A stretch of DNA of 64,000 nt. Origin: Escherichia phage E26. A program made the position numbers and the translations under genes. Numbering within the stretch: position 1 is the first letter of the stretch; every line of letters begins with the position of its first letter. The stretch is taken from sequence record MN655998.1. The stretch is one strand, 5' to 3'. The notes under the pieces are model-generated. The model was not told the DNA's origin and did not search any database. It was given only the letters and a program-made list of their open reading frames with translations. Of this stretch, positions 23,892 through 33,900 are shown piece after piece.

Positions 23892-25892
23892 ATGACTCTA
23901 TTATCACCGGGTTTCGAAACGAAAGAAACTACTCTCTCCACTACCATTGTGCAATCTGCGACTGGTCGCGCGGCACTGGTGGGTAAATTCCAATGGGGTC
24001 CAGCTTTCCAGATTATTCAAGTAACTAATGAAGTTGAATTAGTTAATAAATTTGGTCAGCCGGATAATAACACCGCAGACTATTTCATGAGCGGGGCTAA
24101 CTTCCTCCAGTACGGTAATGATCTGCGTGTTGTTCGTGTACTCAATAAAGAAAAAGCAAAAAACGCAACTGCCCTAGCTGGTAACGTCGAGTTTGAAATC
24201 ACAAACGAAGGTTCAAACTATGAAGTAGGCGATACTATCAAGATTAAACATAACCGTCAAGATATTGAAACGGCGGGTAAAGTAACTAAAGTTGATGGTG
24301 ATGGTAAAGTTAAGGGCGTATTTATCCCAACTGGTAAAATTATCGCTCACGCTAAAGCAATCGGTGTATATCCAGAACTCGATGGCGGTTGGACGGCAGA
24401 GTTCACTTCTTCGTCAGGTAACGGTAGTGCGGCGCTGTCAGTAACTAAAATTGTCACTGATTCCGGTCTTCTGTTAACGGATCTGGAAACTTCCCGCGCC
24501 AATATCACAAATCAAACTTTCTTGACTAAACTCAAGAAATATGATATGCCAGCGGTAAGCGCGATCTATGCTGGTGAGATTGGAAACTCGCTGGAAGTTG
24601 AAATTCTGGCGCGTAGTGCGTTTAAGAACACTGCACCGGATCTGACCATGTATCCTTATGGTGGCGAGCGCACCGCAGCACGCAACCTGATTCCATATGC
24701 ACCGCAGAATGATAATCAATATGCGTTTATTGTTCGTCGTGATGGTGTTGTGGTAGAATCCTATGTACTGTCTACTCTGAAAGGGGATAAAGACGTATAC
24801 GGCAATTCTATCTATATGGACGACTTCTTTGCTCGTGGTTCTAGCCAGTACATCTATGCAACCGCTCAAGGGTGGGTAGATGGTTTCAGTGGTATTATCT
24901 CTCTTGCTGGTGGTGTTTCTGCTAACGAAGCAACGACTGCTGGTGTTGGTGCTGATCCGTTCATCGGTGCGATGATGCAAGGATGGGATCTGTTTGCTGA
25001 ACGTGAATCTATTCACGTAAACCTGTTGATTGCTGGTGCATGTGCTGGCGAAGGCGATGCGTTCTCTACCGTACAGAAACATGCTGTTTCCATCGGTGAT
25101 GAGCGTCAGGATTGCTTAGTAATGGTTTCTCCGCCGCGTAGCACTGTTGTTAATATTCCGGTGACTACTGCAATTGATAACCTGATTGCATGGCGCGAAG
25201 GTTCAGGAAACTATAATGAAAACAACATGAACATTAATACCACTTACGCGGTTATTGATGGTAACTACAAATATCAGTATGACAAATACAACGACGTAAA
25301 CCGTTGGGTTCCGTTGGCTGCTGATATTGCTGGTTTGTGCGCTCGTACTGATGCTGTATCCCAGCCGTGGATGAGTCCGGCAGGTTATAACCGTGGTCAG
25401 ATCATGAACGTGGTTAAACTGGCAATTGAGCCTCGCAAGGCGCACCGCGATCGTCTGTATCAGGCCGCAATTAACCCGGTGATCGGTGCTGGTGGTGAAG
25501 GGTTTATCCTGATGGGTGATAAAACCGCTACGACTGTTCCCAGCCCGTTTGACCGCATTAACGTTCGTCGTCTGTTTAACATGCTGAAAAAGAATATCGG
25601 CGATTCAAGCAAATACAAACTGTTTGAAAACAACGATAACTTTACTCGCGCTTCCTTCCGTATGGAGGTTTCGCAATATCTCAGCACGATTCGCTCTCTG
25701 GGTGGAATTTATGACTTCCGAGTACAATGCGACACCACGAATAACACGCCGGATGTAATTGATCGTAACGAATTTGTTGCTAGTATGTTCATCAAACCAG
25801 CAAAATCGATCAACTATATCATGCTCAATTTCACTGCTGTTGCAACTGGTTCTGATTTTGACGAAATTATCGGTCCAGCTAACCAGGCATAA
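23892..25892 (+). CDS. 18: tail sheath protein gp18
   Basis: 666 aa; size and position as T4 gp18 (659 aa). Confidence 0.93.
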   Translation: MTLLSPGFETKETTLSTTIVQSATGRAALVGKFQWGPAFQIIQVTNEVELVNKFGQPDNNTADYFMSGANFLQYGNDLRVVRVLNKEKAKNATALAGNVEFEITNEGSNYEVGDTIKIKHNRQDIETAGKVTKVDGDGKVKGVFIPTGKIIAHAKAIGVYPELDGGWTAEFTSSSGNGSAALSVTKIVTDSGLLLTDLETSRANITNQTFLTKLKKYDMPAVSAIYAGEIGNSLEVEILARSAFKNTAPDLTMYPYGGERTAARNLIPYAPQNDNQYAFIVRRDGVVVESYVLSTLKGDKDVYGNSIYMDDFFARGSSQYIYATAQGWVDGFSGIISLAGGVSANEATTAGVGADPFIGAMMQGWDLFAERESIHVNLLIAGACAGEGDAFSTVQKHAVSIGDERQDCLVMVSPPRSTVVNIPVTTAIDNLIAWREGSGNYNENNMNINTTYAVIDGNYKYQYDKYNDVNRWVPLAADIAGLCARTDAVSQPWMSPAGYNRGQIMNVVKLAIEPRKAHRDRLYQAAINPVIGAGGEGFILMGDKTATTVPSPFDRINVRRLFNMLKKNIGDSSKYKLFENNDNFTRASFRMEVSQYLSTIRSLGGIYDFRVQCDTTNNTPDVIDRNEFVASMFIKPAKSINYIMLNFTAVATGSDFDEIIGPANQA

Positions 25893-25926
25893 TCAGTAAA
25901 TTAGCATAGATTAAAAGTTAAATCAA

Positions 25927-25945
25927 GCGGGGAGAAAATCCCCGC
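25927..25945 (+). other. intercistronic stem-loop between genes 18 and 19
   Basis: GCGGGGA-GAAAA-TCCCCGC hairpin, no downstream T-run. Confidence 0.5.
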
Positions 25946-25965
25946 TCTATTAAGGAATATCAATT

Positions 25966-26460
25966 ATGGCACTCGATTTGAATGATATTACACGCGGTTT
26001 CGAGTCTGGCGATTTTGCTCGTCCTAACCTGTTTGAAGTTGAGATCCCGTATCTGGGGCAAAACTTTAAGCTGATGTGTAAGGCTGCGACTGTCCCGGCT
26101 GCTACCGTAGAAAAAATTGCTATAGGCTATCAAAACCGTAAAATTAACATCGCTGGCGACCGTGTATACGACGACTGGACCATCACTGTATTCAACGATG
26201 ACGCACACAAGATCCGTGATGCTATCGTTGCATGGAGCGATCAGACACACGGCACTGGTTCGGCGATCACTGGTGCAACTCCTGCACAATATAAGAAACA
26301 AGCTATTGTTCGTCAACTTAACCGTAACACCGAATCAACTAGCGAAAAAACATTGTACGGTATTTTCCCTACCAACGTTGGTGAAGTAACCCTCGATTGG
26401 GAACAAAACAACGAAGTTGAAACGTTTGAAGTTACTTTTGCTATCGATTGGGTAGAATAA
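25966..26460 (+). CDS. 19: tail tube protein gp19
   Basis: 164 aa; FESGDFARPNLF and NEVETFEVTFA motifs as T4 gp19. Confidence 0.92.
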   Translation: MALDLNDITRGFESGDFARPNLFEVEIPYLGQNFKLMCKAATVPAATVEKIAIGYQNRKINIAGDRVYDDWTITVFNDDAHKIRDAIVAWSDQTHGTGSAITGATPAQYKKQAIVRQLNRNTESTSEKTLYGIFPTNVGEVTLDWEQNNEVETFEVTFAIDWVE

Positions 26461-26472
26461 ATATATTATCAT

Positions 26473-26491
26473 GCGGGGAGAAGTTCCCCGC
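26473..26491 (+). other. intercistronic stem-loop between genes 19 and 20 (same family as 25927..25945)
   Basis: GCGGGGA-GAAGT-TCCCCGC hairpin. Confidence 0.5.
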
Positions 26492-26518
26492 CTAATTTCT
26501 CCCAATTCGAGGTGAATA

Positions 26519-28084
26519 ATGTTTAGTAGATTAAAAATGCTTGCGCGTTGGGCTGATTTTGACAACGACAAATACGAAGAACAAATTAAAGATAAAGCAG
26601 AGTCTATCGCCGCACCTAAAAACAATGATGGTGCTACGGAAGTAGAAATTAACGATAATTCACCTGCTAGCTCGTGGAACTCTCTTACCCAGCAATTTTA
26701 CAGCACAGACCAGAAAATCAGCACAACTAAGCAATTAGTTAACACATATCGCGGTTTGATGAATAACCATGAAGTCGAAAACGCTGTACAAAATATCGTT
26801 AACGATGCGATTGTATTTGAAGAAGGTCATGAAGTTGTTTCATTAAATCTTGAGGCGACTGGCTTTAGTGAATCTGTAAAAGAGCGCATTCATGAAGAAT
26901 TTAAAGATCTTTTAAACACTATCCAGTTTGATAGGCGCGGTCAGGATATGTTCCGCCGCTGGTATGTCGATTCGCGTATTTTCTTCCATAAAATCATCGG
27001 CAAAAATCCAAAAGATGGTATCGTAGAATTACGCCAGCTTGATCCACGAAATCTTGAATATGTTCGCGAGATCATTACAGAAGACACACCGGAAGGTAAA
27101 ATTTATAAAGCAACGAAAGAATATTTCATTTACACTGTAGGCAATAGCTCTTATTGCGCAGGTGGTCAAGTATTCTCTCCTAACAGTCGCGTTAAAATCC
27201 CGCGTAGTGCTATTACATACGCTCACAGCGGCTTGATGGATTGCGATGATAAATATATCATTGGTTATTTGCATCGGGCGGTTAAGCCAGCAAACCAGCT
27301 TAAATTGTTGGAAGACGCAATGGTCGTTTATCGTATCACGCGTGCACCGGAACGCCGAGTGTTCTTTATTGATACCGGAAACATGAACAACCGCAAGGCT
27401 GCACAGCACATGAACTCAGTGGCACAGTCTTTTAAAAACCGCGTTGTTTATGATGCATCGACTGGTAAACTTAAAAACCAGCAAGCAAATCTATCAATGA
27501 CAGAGGACTACTGGTTACAGCGTCGAGATGGTAAAGCAATCACCGACGTTACTACTTTACCTGGTGCATCCGGTATGAGTGATATCGATGATATTCGCTA
27601 CTTTAACCGTAAGTTGTATGAAGCGTTGCGTGTGCCATTGTCACGTAGTAATCTCTCCGATGCTAATATGGTGATCGGTGGTGACGGTTCAGAAATTACT
27701 CGCGATGAGTTGGAATTTTCGAAATTCATTAGAACTCTGCAATCACAGTTTTCGGAAGTATTGCGCGATCCTCTGAAATATAATCTGATTCTCAAAAATG
27801 TAATTACGGAAGACGATTGGGATCGTGAAATAAATAATATCAAGGTGGTTTTCCATCGGGACTCTTACTATACAGAAGTTAAAGACGCGGAAATTTTAGA
27901 ACGTCGAATCGGTCTAATCGAACGTATTACACCTTACATTGGTAAATATTTCTCTAACCAGACAGTGATGCGTGACATTCTGAAATATACCGATGACCAG
28001 ATGGACACCGAGAAGAAACAGATCGAAGAAGAAGCGAACGATCCGCGCTTTAAACAAACTCCCGATGAAATAGAGGATTTTTAA
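26519..28084 (+). CDS. 20: portal vertex protein gp20
   Basis: 521 aa; size and position as T4 gp20 (524 aa). Confidence 0.93.
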   Translation: MFSRLKMLARWADFDNDKYEEQIKDKAESIAAPKNNDGATEVEINDNSPASSWNSLTQQFYSTDQKISTTKQLVNTYRGLMNNHEVENAVQNIVNDAIVFEEGHEVVSLNLEATGFSESVKERIHEEFKDLLNTIQFDRRGQDMFRRWYVDSRIFFHKIIGKNPKDGIVELRQLDPRNLEYVREIITEDTPEGKIYKATKEYFIYTVGNSSYCAGGQVFSPNSRVKIPRSAITYAHSGLMDCDDKYIIGYLHRAVKPANQLKLLEDAMVVYRITRAPERRVFFIDTGNMNNRKAAQHMNSVAQSFKNRVVYDASTGKLKNQQANLSMTEDYWLQRRDGKAITDVTTLPGASGMSDIDDIRYFNRKLYEALRVPLSRSNLSDANMVIGGDGSEITRDELEFSKFIRTLQSQFSEVLRDPLKYNLILKNVITEDDWDREINNIKVVFHRDSYYTEVKDAEILERRIGLIERITPYIGKYFSNQTVMRDILKYTDDQMDTEKKQIEEEANDPRFKQTPDEIEDF

Positions 28085-28327
28085 ATGAAACAATTTATCG
28101 AAGCAATTAAAACTCGCGATCTAACGCTGATCGAAAAAGAATTTGATAAGATCATGGAGGCTAAAAAAGCCCAGATCATCGAATCCCAGCGTGTCGAAAT
28201 CGCATCCAGTATCATGATCGAAGGTGAAGAAGAAAAAGACCGCGATGATGAAGAAGATATGGAAGATGAGGACGACGAAGACGAAGATCGCAAAGACGAT
28301 AAAAAAGACAAAGAAGACGACGAATAA
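28085..28327 (+). CDS. 67: prohead core protein gp67-like (acidic)
   Basis: 80 aa with strongly acidic Asp/Glu tail; same length and position as T4 gp67. Confidence 0.65.
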   Translation: MKQFIEAIKTRDLTLIEKEFDKIMEAKKAQIIESQRVEIASSIMIEGEEEKDRDDEEDMEDEDDEDEDRKDDKKDKEDDE

Positions 28328-28339
28328 TAGGAAGCCAAC

Positions 28340-28747
28340 ATGATTAAAGATTTTACTCCTAAAGCTGACTTAGAAACTTTTCTGCCGGAAGCACAGGAAA
28401 AATTGGACATGTTGGCTATGTTTGAGTCAGAAGAACTATTGAAAATCGTTGAAGGTATCTCCGAGGATGAGCCTGAACTGGCGGTAGCAATGCTGTCTAT
28501 CATCGACGGAATTACTGTAAATGAAGCAATGGTTAAACATGTAAACTCACGCGGGGAAGTTGCACGTAAGAAAGATCGCAAAACCCGTGAGCGTAATGCT
28601 TACATGACTACTGGCCTAAGCAAAGCTAAACGCCGTCAAATTGCCCGTCGTGCTGCAAAAACCAAACGTGCAAATCCATCTATCGAACGTCATGCGGAAC
28701 GTAAGCGCAAAAAAGCAATGCGTAAACGTAAGGCGTTAGGATTATAA
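28340..28747 (+). CDS. 68: prohead core protein gp68-like
   Basis: 135 aa, basic C-terminus, between gp67 and gp21. Confidence 0.6.
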   Translation: MIKDFTPKADLETFLPEAQEKLDMLAMFESEELLKIVEGISEDEPELAVAMLSIIDGITVNEAMVKHVNSRGEVARKKDRKTRERNAYMTTGLSKAKRRQIARRAAKTKRANPSIERHAERKRKKAMRKRKALGL

Positions 28748-28758
28748 CAGGAAACAAC

Positions 28759-29454
28759 ATGGAAAAGAACGAATTACTGATCGAACAATGGGGCGTTCCT
28801 TGTGCTCGCGGTAGTTCGTCATTGCTTGAATCATTTGATGATAAGGCTACAGGAAATCTCTATATTCAAGGGATTTTCCTGCAAGCCGAAACAGTAAACC
28901 GCAATAAACGCTGGTATCCTCGCAGTGTTCTAGAAAATGCGGTTACTAAATACATACATGAACAAGTTGAGACACATCAAGCTCTAGGCGAACTTAATCA
29001 CCCAGCAAGAGCAATGCCAGATCCATCTAATGCTTGCATCATAATTGAAAAATTATGGTGGGAAGGTAATAACGTGATGGGTAAAGCCCGTGTTATTGAA
29101 GGGGATAAAGGCGCAGGTGATAAACTTGCTGCACTGATTCGCGCTGGCTGGATTCCTGGCGTTTCCTCCCGTGGGTTGGGTCGGTTGAAAGACTCTGGTC
29201 GCGGATACAATATTGTACAGGAAGGTTTTGTGTTGACGGTTGGTGTTGATGTTGTATGGGGTCCGAGCGCACCAGATGCGTGGGTAACTCCGGTGGTTGA
29301 GTCAACGGATAGCGATTCTAGCGCGTCAGACGCACCAGAAAGCGATAAAACCGAAAATGTGACTAACCCTACAGCCTCACAACAAAACATCGTAGAATCG
29401 AATAATAGCGCGTTTATGGCGCTCGCAGAAGCGTTATCTAAACGCTATAAATAA
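28759..29454 (+). CDS. 21: prohead core protease gp21
   Basis: 231 aa; LGELNHP and GVSSRG motifs as in the T4 prohead serine protease. Confidence 0.82.
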   Translation: MEKNELLIEQWGVPCARGSSSLLESFDDKATGNLYIQGIFLQAETVNRNKRWYPRSVLENAVTKYIHEQVETHQALGELNHPARAMPDPSNACIIIEKLWWEGNNVMGKARVIEGDKGAGDKLAALIRAGWIPGVSSRGLGRLKDSGRGYNIVQEGFVLTVGVDVVWGPSAPDAWVTPVVESTDSDSSASDAPESDKTENVTNPTASQQNIVESNNSAFMALAEALSKRYK

Positions 29455-29485
29455 TAACGTCGTTATCAACAAGAAGGTTATAACC

Positions 29486-30280
29486 ATGCTTAAAGAAATG
29501 CTGCTCGAAGAAGCAAAACAGATCACCGTAGACGTTGCTCTCGATGACCTGTTTGAATCCGTCGAACTGTCGCCGGAAGTAAAAGAAAATTTTGGTGCTA
29601 TCTACGCTCAGGCGGTAAAAGCTAATGCTGTTGCTCTGGCAGAAAGCCACATTGAAAAAATCGCCGCTAAAGCCGATGAACTGGTAGAATCAAAGGTCGA
29701 AGAAGCACGCACCGAGATTGAAACCAAACTGTACGAAGATGCAGATAAATTCCTGAATCACTTAGGCGCTAAATGGCTGGCAGAAAATAAAGAAGCCGTC
29801 ACCCGTAATATTAAAGCGGATCTGTGCGAATCCCTGATTGGTTCTCTGAAAGATGTTTTCGTTACTCACAATGTTGTAGTACCGGAAGAATCTGTGGACG
29901 TTGTTGCTGAACTGGACGAAGCACTCAAAGAAGAAAAAGAAAAAACCTCTGAACTCTTTGATGCCAAACTGCAACTCGAAAGCGAAATTCGCGGCATGAA
30001 GCGTGAACAAGCGATCAATGAAAGCACTCGCGATCTTTCCGATACTCAGAAAGAAAAAGTAACCGCGCTGATTGAAGGTCTGGAATATAGCGAAACTTTC
30101 GATAAGAAATTAACTGCAATTGTCGAAATGGTTGCTAAGAAAGAAGACAAACCAGCGAAGATTGAAGAATCACTAAATACTGATGCCGACAAGCTGAATG
30201 TTATTGCAGAAAATGTCGAAAAATCAGATAAAAAGGCAACTGTAGATTCCGGCGTATCCCGCTACCTGAATTTCATCTAA
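29486..30280 (+). CDS. 22: prohead core scaffold protein gp22
   Basis: 264 aa, highly charged, helical-looking; position as T4 gp22. Confidence 0.8.
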   Translation: MLKEMLLEEAKQITVDVALDDLFESVELSPEVKENFGAIYAQAVKANAVALAESHIEKIAAKADELVESKVEEARTEIETKLYEDADKFLNHLGAKWLAENKEAVTRNIKADLCESLIGSLKDVFVTHNVVVPEESVDVVAELDEALKEEKEKTSELFDAKLQLESEIRGMKREQAINESTRDLSDTQKEKVTALIEGLEYSETFDKKLTAIVEMVAKKEDKPAKIEESLNTDADKLNVIAENVEKSDKKATVDSGVSRYLNFI

Positions 30281-30298
30281 TGTAATTCAAATCTACTT

Positions 30299-30306
30299 TA
30301 TAAATA
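30299..30306 (+). promoter_or_regulatory. T4-type late promoter box (TATAAATA) for gene 23
   Basis: exact TATAAATA 33 nt upstream of the gp23 ATG. Confidence 0.6.
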
Positions 30307-30339
30307 CTTTAGGTTAACAACAAACAAGGTTTAAAGAAC

Positions 30340-31926
30340 ATGAAAACTACCAAAGAACTGATGGAAAAATGGTCCCCGCTGCTGGAAAACGAAAAACTGC
30401 CGGAAATCGCAACTGCGTCTAAGCAGAAACTGGTTGCTAAAATTCTGGAATCTCAGGAAGCGGACTTTGCTGTAGACCCGATCTATAAGGATGAAAAAGT
30501 TGTTGAAGCATTCGGTGGCTTTATCGCAGAAGCCGAAGTTGCTGGCGACCACGGTTATGACGCATCTAATATCGCGGCTGGTCAGACTACCGGTGCAATC
30601 ACCAACGTAGGTCCGGCTGTTATCGGTATGGTTCGCCGTGCTATCCCTAACCTGATCGCATTTGATATTTGTGGTGTTCAGCCGATGAGCACTCCGACTA
30701 GCCAGATCTTTGCAATCCGTTCTGTATACGGTGGCGACCCGCTGAAATCCGGTGCTCGCGAAGCATTCCATCCGATGTATGCACCTGATGCGTTCCATAG
30801 CTCTCTTGCTGCTAAAGAGGCAACTGTAGGTTCACCAACTGGTACTGCATTCGCTAAACTAACTCTTTCCCAGGCTATCGCTGCTGGTGATATCGTATAT
30901 CACACCTTCGCAGAAACTGGTATTGCTTATCTGCAAAACGTAACTGGTGATTCTGTAACACCACAGAAAGTAGGTAGCGAATCCGAAGATGAAGTAGTAA
31001 TGAAGCTGATTGAAGAAGGTAAATTGGCTGAAATCGCTTTCGGTATGGCTACTTCCATTGCCGAAATTCAGGAAGGCTTTAACGGTTCCAGCAATAACCC
31101 GTGGGCTGAAATGTCAATGCGTATTGACAAACAGGTTGTTGAAGCGAAATCTCGCCAACTGAAAGCCCGTTATTCTATCGAAGTTGCGCAGGATCTGCGT
31201 GCTGTACACGGTATGGATGCTGATGCCGAACTGAATGCTATCCTGGCTAACGAAGTTCTGCTGGAAATCAACCGTGAAATCGTTGACGTTATCAACTTTA
31301 CCGCTCAGGTTGGTAAAACTGGTATGACTCAGACCGTTGGTTCTAAAGCTGGTGTATTTGACCTGCAAGACCCGATCGATACTCGCGGTGCTCGTTGGGC
31401 TGGTGAATCCTTCAAATCTCTGATCTACCAGATCGACAAAGAAGCTGCTGAAATCGCTCGTCAGACTGGTCGCGGTGCTGGTAACTTTGTTATCGCTTCC
31501 CGTAACGTTGTAAACATTCTGGCTTCTGCTGATCAGGGTATCAGTCTTGCTATGCAGGGTGCTGCAAAAGGTCTGAATACCGACACCACTAAAGCTGTTT
31601 TCGCTGGTGTTCTGGCTGGTAAGTACAAAGTATTCATCGACCAGTATGCTCGTCAGGACTACTTCACCGTAGGTTACAAAGGCGACAACGAAATGGATGC
31701 TGGTATCTACTATGCTCCGTATGTTGCTCTGACTCCGCTGCGTGCAACTGATCCGCAGTCTTTCCACCCGGTTCTGGGCTTCAAGACTCGCTACGGCATC
31801 GGTATTAACCCGTTTGCAGACAGCAAATCCCAGGCACCGTCCGCTCGCATCACCTCCGGTATGTTGAGCAAAGACAGCGTAGGTAAAAACGCATACTTCC
31901 GTCGTGTATGGGTTAAAGGTTGCTAA
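30340..31926 (+). CDS. 23: major capsid protein gp23
   Basis: 528 aa; near-collinear with T4 gp23 (RRAIPNLIAFDICGVQPM, YFTVGYKG, GIYYAPYVALTPLR). Confidence 0.97.
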   Translation: MKTTKELMEKWSPLLENEKLPEIATASKQKLVAKILESQEADFAVDPIYKDEKVVEAFGGFIAEAEVAGDHGYDASNIAAGQTTGAITNVGPAVIGMVRRAIPNLIAFDICGVQPMSTPTSQIFAIRSVYGGDPLKSGAREAFHPMYAPDAFHSSLAAKEATVGSPTGTAFAKLTLSQAIAAGDIVYHTFAETGIAYLQNVTGDSVTPQKVGSESEDEVVMKLIEEGKLAEIAFGMATSIAEIQEGFNGSSNNPWAEMSMRIDKQVVEAKSRQLKARYSIEVAQDLRAVHGMDADAELNAILANEVLLEINREIVDVINFTAQVGKTGMTQTVGSKAGVFDLQDPIDTRGARWAGESFKSLIYQIDKEAAEIARQTGRGAGNFVIASRNVVNILASADQGISLAMQGAAKGLNTDTTKAVFAGVLAGKYKVFIDQYARQDYFTVGYKGDNEMDAGIYYAPYVALTPLRATDPQSFHPVLGFKTRYGIGINPFADSKSQAPSARITSGMLSKDSVGKNAYFRRVWVKGC

Positions 31927-32007
31927 TATAAGCCATTCCTGAAAACTCCTGTCGGGTGCAATGCCCGACTTATCATAAACCTTATGACAGTGTAAAGTGT
32001 TAATTCC

Positions 32008-32039
32008 AAAGGGAAGACTCGAAAGGGTCTTCCCTTTTT
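32008..32039 (+). terminator. rho-independent terminator after gene 23
   Basis: GGGAAGAC / GTCTTCCC 8-bp stem followed by TTTTT. Confidence 0.7.
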
Positions 32040-32239
32040 GCGTATTATATCCCGTTATAAATAAGGTTGCAAGCCTATATTCTATTGTGAGCGAAAATAG
32101 ATACACACAACAAAGACAGGAAGATGCAGAACATCGGTGGGTTGCTAGCCTAAATCCGGTGGCTATGATATGTGATTTCTTTTGATGCTGGATTTATTAA
32201 AACACAACAAACAATTCCACCAATTTTCGTAGTAACTGC

Positions 32240-32413
32240 ATGGCAAAGGGACCAATGAATGAAATGAGCGTTCATGTTGATATTGGGTCGGATAGATTTG
32301 GTAGATATACAGATCTGGTGTATGCCGACCTTGTTATGACATTCCAGTGTGACGCTAGCGGTATTTTTGGTTTTGGTACGCTGTTCCCTGAATTAACCCA
32401 AAATTCTCCATAA
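32240..32413 (+). CDS. hypothetical small protein (57 aa from 32240; 52 aa from ATG 32255)
   Basis: below ORF-track cutoff; its TAA lies inside the AAGGAGG RBS of the next ORF; a TTGCTA-16-TATGAT promoter-like site sits at about 32142..32169. Confidence 0.35.
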   Translation: MAKGPMNEMSVHVDIGSDRFGRYTDLVYADLVMTFQCDASGIFGFGTLFPELTQNSP

Positions 32414-32423
32414 GGAGGAATGC

Positions 32424-32576
32424 ATGAGTAAGAAAGAAAACAGCTATGTTATGACTCGTAAGGAATACAACAAATTGATGTTAGCATTAGCTTATGCAAT
32501 TATTCGTTCTGATCATGCAATTAATCTGGTAAACAAAGTTAACCGTAGCGTTGATAATGTTTCTAGGAAGAAGTAA
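32424..32576 (+). CDS. hypothetical small protein (50 aa)
   Basis: ATG 6 nt after AAGGAGG; followed directly by a terminator hairpin. Confidence 0.45.
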   Translation: MSKKENSYVMTRKEYNKLMLALAYAIIRSDHAINLVNKVNRSVDNVSRKK

Positions 32577-32585
32577 GTTTATTTT

Positions 32586-32607
32586 GGAATCCTTCGGATT
32601 CCTTTTT
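32586..32607 (+). terminator. rho-independent terminator (UUCG tetraloop)
   Basis: GGAATCC-TTCG-GGATTCC followed by TTTTT. Confidence 0.7.
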
Positions 32608-32614
32608 CTTTTTG

Positions 32615-32622
32615 TATAAATA
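32615..32622 (+). promoter_or_regulatory. T4-type late promoter box (TATAAATA) for gene 24
   Basis: exact TATAAATA 36 nt upstream of the gp24 ATG. Confidence 0.6.
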
Positions 32623-32658
32623 TGATATATCCATTAAGCAAATACAGGATTCATAAAC

Positions 32659-33900
32659 ATGACTCATATTTTTACTGAACTGTTGCGGGAATCTACTTCC
32701 TCAGTAGCTAACCAGACAGCGCGACCGCAACTATTATCATTAACTCGCGCGGTAAACAACCTGATTTTCTCTGATCTGGTAGCAATCCAGCCAACGGATC
32801 AACCAGTATCTGCATTGTACGGCCTACGTTATCTTAATCGTGATGGTCAGATGACTTTCCGAACTGCTACAACCTACGGTGGCGCGGCTGGTGATCGCAC
32901 AGAGATTGAAGAGTTTTCAAAAGAAAAATCTTATGACGAAGGCGCACTGTTCAAATCAGACGATGTTGTATACGAAGTTGTGACCGCTGGTACAGTCGGT
33001 GAAGATGCCGAAACTCCAGAAGCTGCAATCTTTAAAGGCGTAATGACAAACAAAATTCGTTTCTATAGCGATTGTGCATCGGTAGAATACTTTGAAGATA
33101 AAAACACCGAAATTTCGTCTACCTCTATGCAGTTTGATAAATGGCAGGTTAATGTAGGTTCTCGTAAACTGAAAACCTCATTCACGACCGAATTGATGCA
33201 GGATCTTGAGGCAAGCCAAATCAACTCTGAAAACTCTGTAATTGATCTTCTGGCTACGATCGCTTCCGAAGAGATCAACAAAGATATTATTCAGAAGTTG
33301 ATCACTGTATCATCTCGCTATAAAATTAAAGGGATCACCCCTGACGGCGTACTTTCTCTCGTTAGCGTTCAGGATGCACCAGCACAAGCGCGTGAACTTT
33401 ACCGCTATGCTTGCGAAATGAGCAATCAAATGTTGCGGACTTCCTCCTTTGCTGGTACATACGTTTTGGCGTCTTCTCGCGTGGTTGGCCTCCTGCAATC
33501 TTCCGGTTGGATGGAAGAAACCGACAATGCTCTAAGCGAAGGTCGTCTACGTTGCGGTCTGGAAGTGTACGCAGACACGACAACACCTTTCGATTATATG
33601 CTCGTTGGTTGTAAGCACATGATCGGTGATATGGAGAGTGTAGGTTCTCTGTTCTACTCCCCATATACAGAAGCCGACGGCGCTGGCGCGTATAAGAGTG
33701 TAATTGACCCTAATAGCTTCCAGCATCATGTAGCTATTATGAATCGTTATTCACTCTCTGTCAACCCATATACATCAAAAGTTGATCAGGAAGAACACCA
33801 GGTCATCAAGGGTGACGATTGGGGTAAAATGGCTGGACGCTCTGAAATGTCCTACATTTTAGGAATCGAACTGCCACCGCTTGAGATTGACAACGCTTAA
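32659..33900 (+). CDS. 24: head vertex protein gp24
   Basis: 413 aa; gp23-paralog features, size and position as T4 gp24. Confidence 0.9.
   Translation: MTHIFTELLRESTSSVANQTARPQLLSLTRAVNNLIFSDLVAIQPTDQPVSALYGLRYLNRDGQMTFRTATTYGGAAGDRTEIEEFSKEKSYDEGALFKSDDVVYEVVTAGTVGEDAETPEAAIFKGVMTNKIRFYSDCASVEYFEDKNTEISSTSMQFDKWQVNVGSRKLKTSFTTELMQDLEASQINSENSVIDLLATIASEEINKDIIQKLITVSSRYKIKGITPDGVLSLVSVQDAPAQARELYRYACEMSNQMLRTSSFAGTYVLASSRVVGLLQSSGWMEETDNALSEGRLRCGLEVYADTTTPFDYMLVGCKHMIGDMESVGSLFYSPYTEADGAGAYKSVIDPNSFQHHVAIMNRYSLSVNPYTSKVDQEEHQVIKGDDWGKMAGRSEMSYILGIELPPLEIDNA

Noticed and set aside
24474-25082. 202-aa ORF on the - strand
   Set aside because: Lies wholly inside the tail sheath gene on the opposite strand; no start context; antisense artefact.
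28081-28581. 166-aa Ser-rich ORF on the - strand
   Set aside because: Antisense to the acidic gp67/gp68 genes; the Ser runs are the complement of GAn codons.
31114-32106. 330-aa ORF on the - strand
   Set aside because: Antisense to the major capsid gene, whose protein is collinear with T4 gp23; no RBS; long open antisense frames are expected opposite a highly expressed gene.
31997-32185. 62-aa ORF on the + strand
   Set aside because: Begins inside the gp23 terminator hairpin and spans a promoter-like region; no RBS.
31927-32658. Possible group I intron or homing endonuclease (segD-like) in the gene 23/24 gap
   Set aside because: No endonuclease-sized ORF and no recognisable intron core pairing; the gap is explained by a terminator, two small ORFs and a late promoter.
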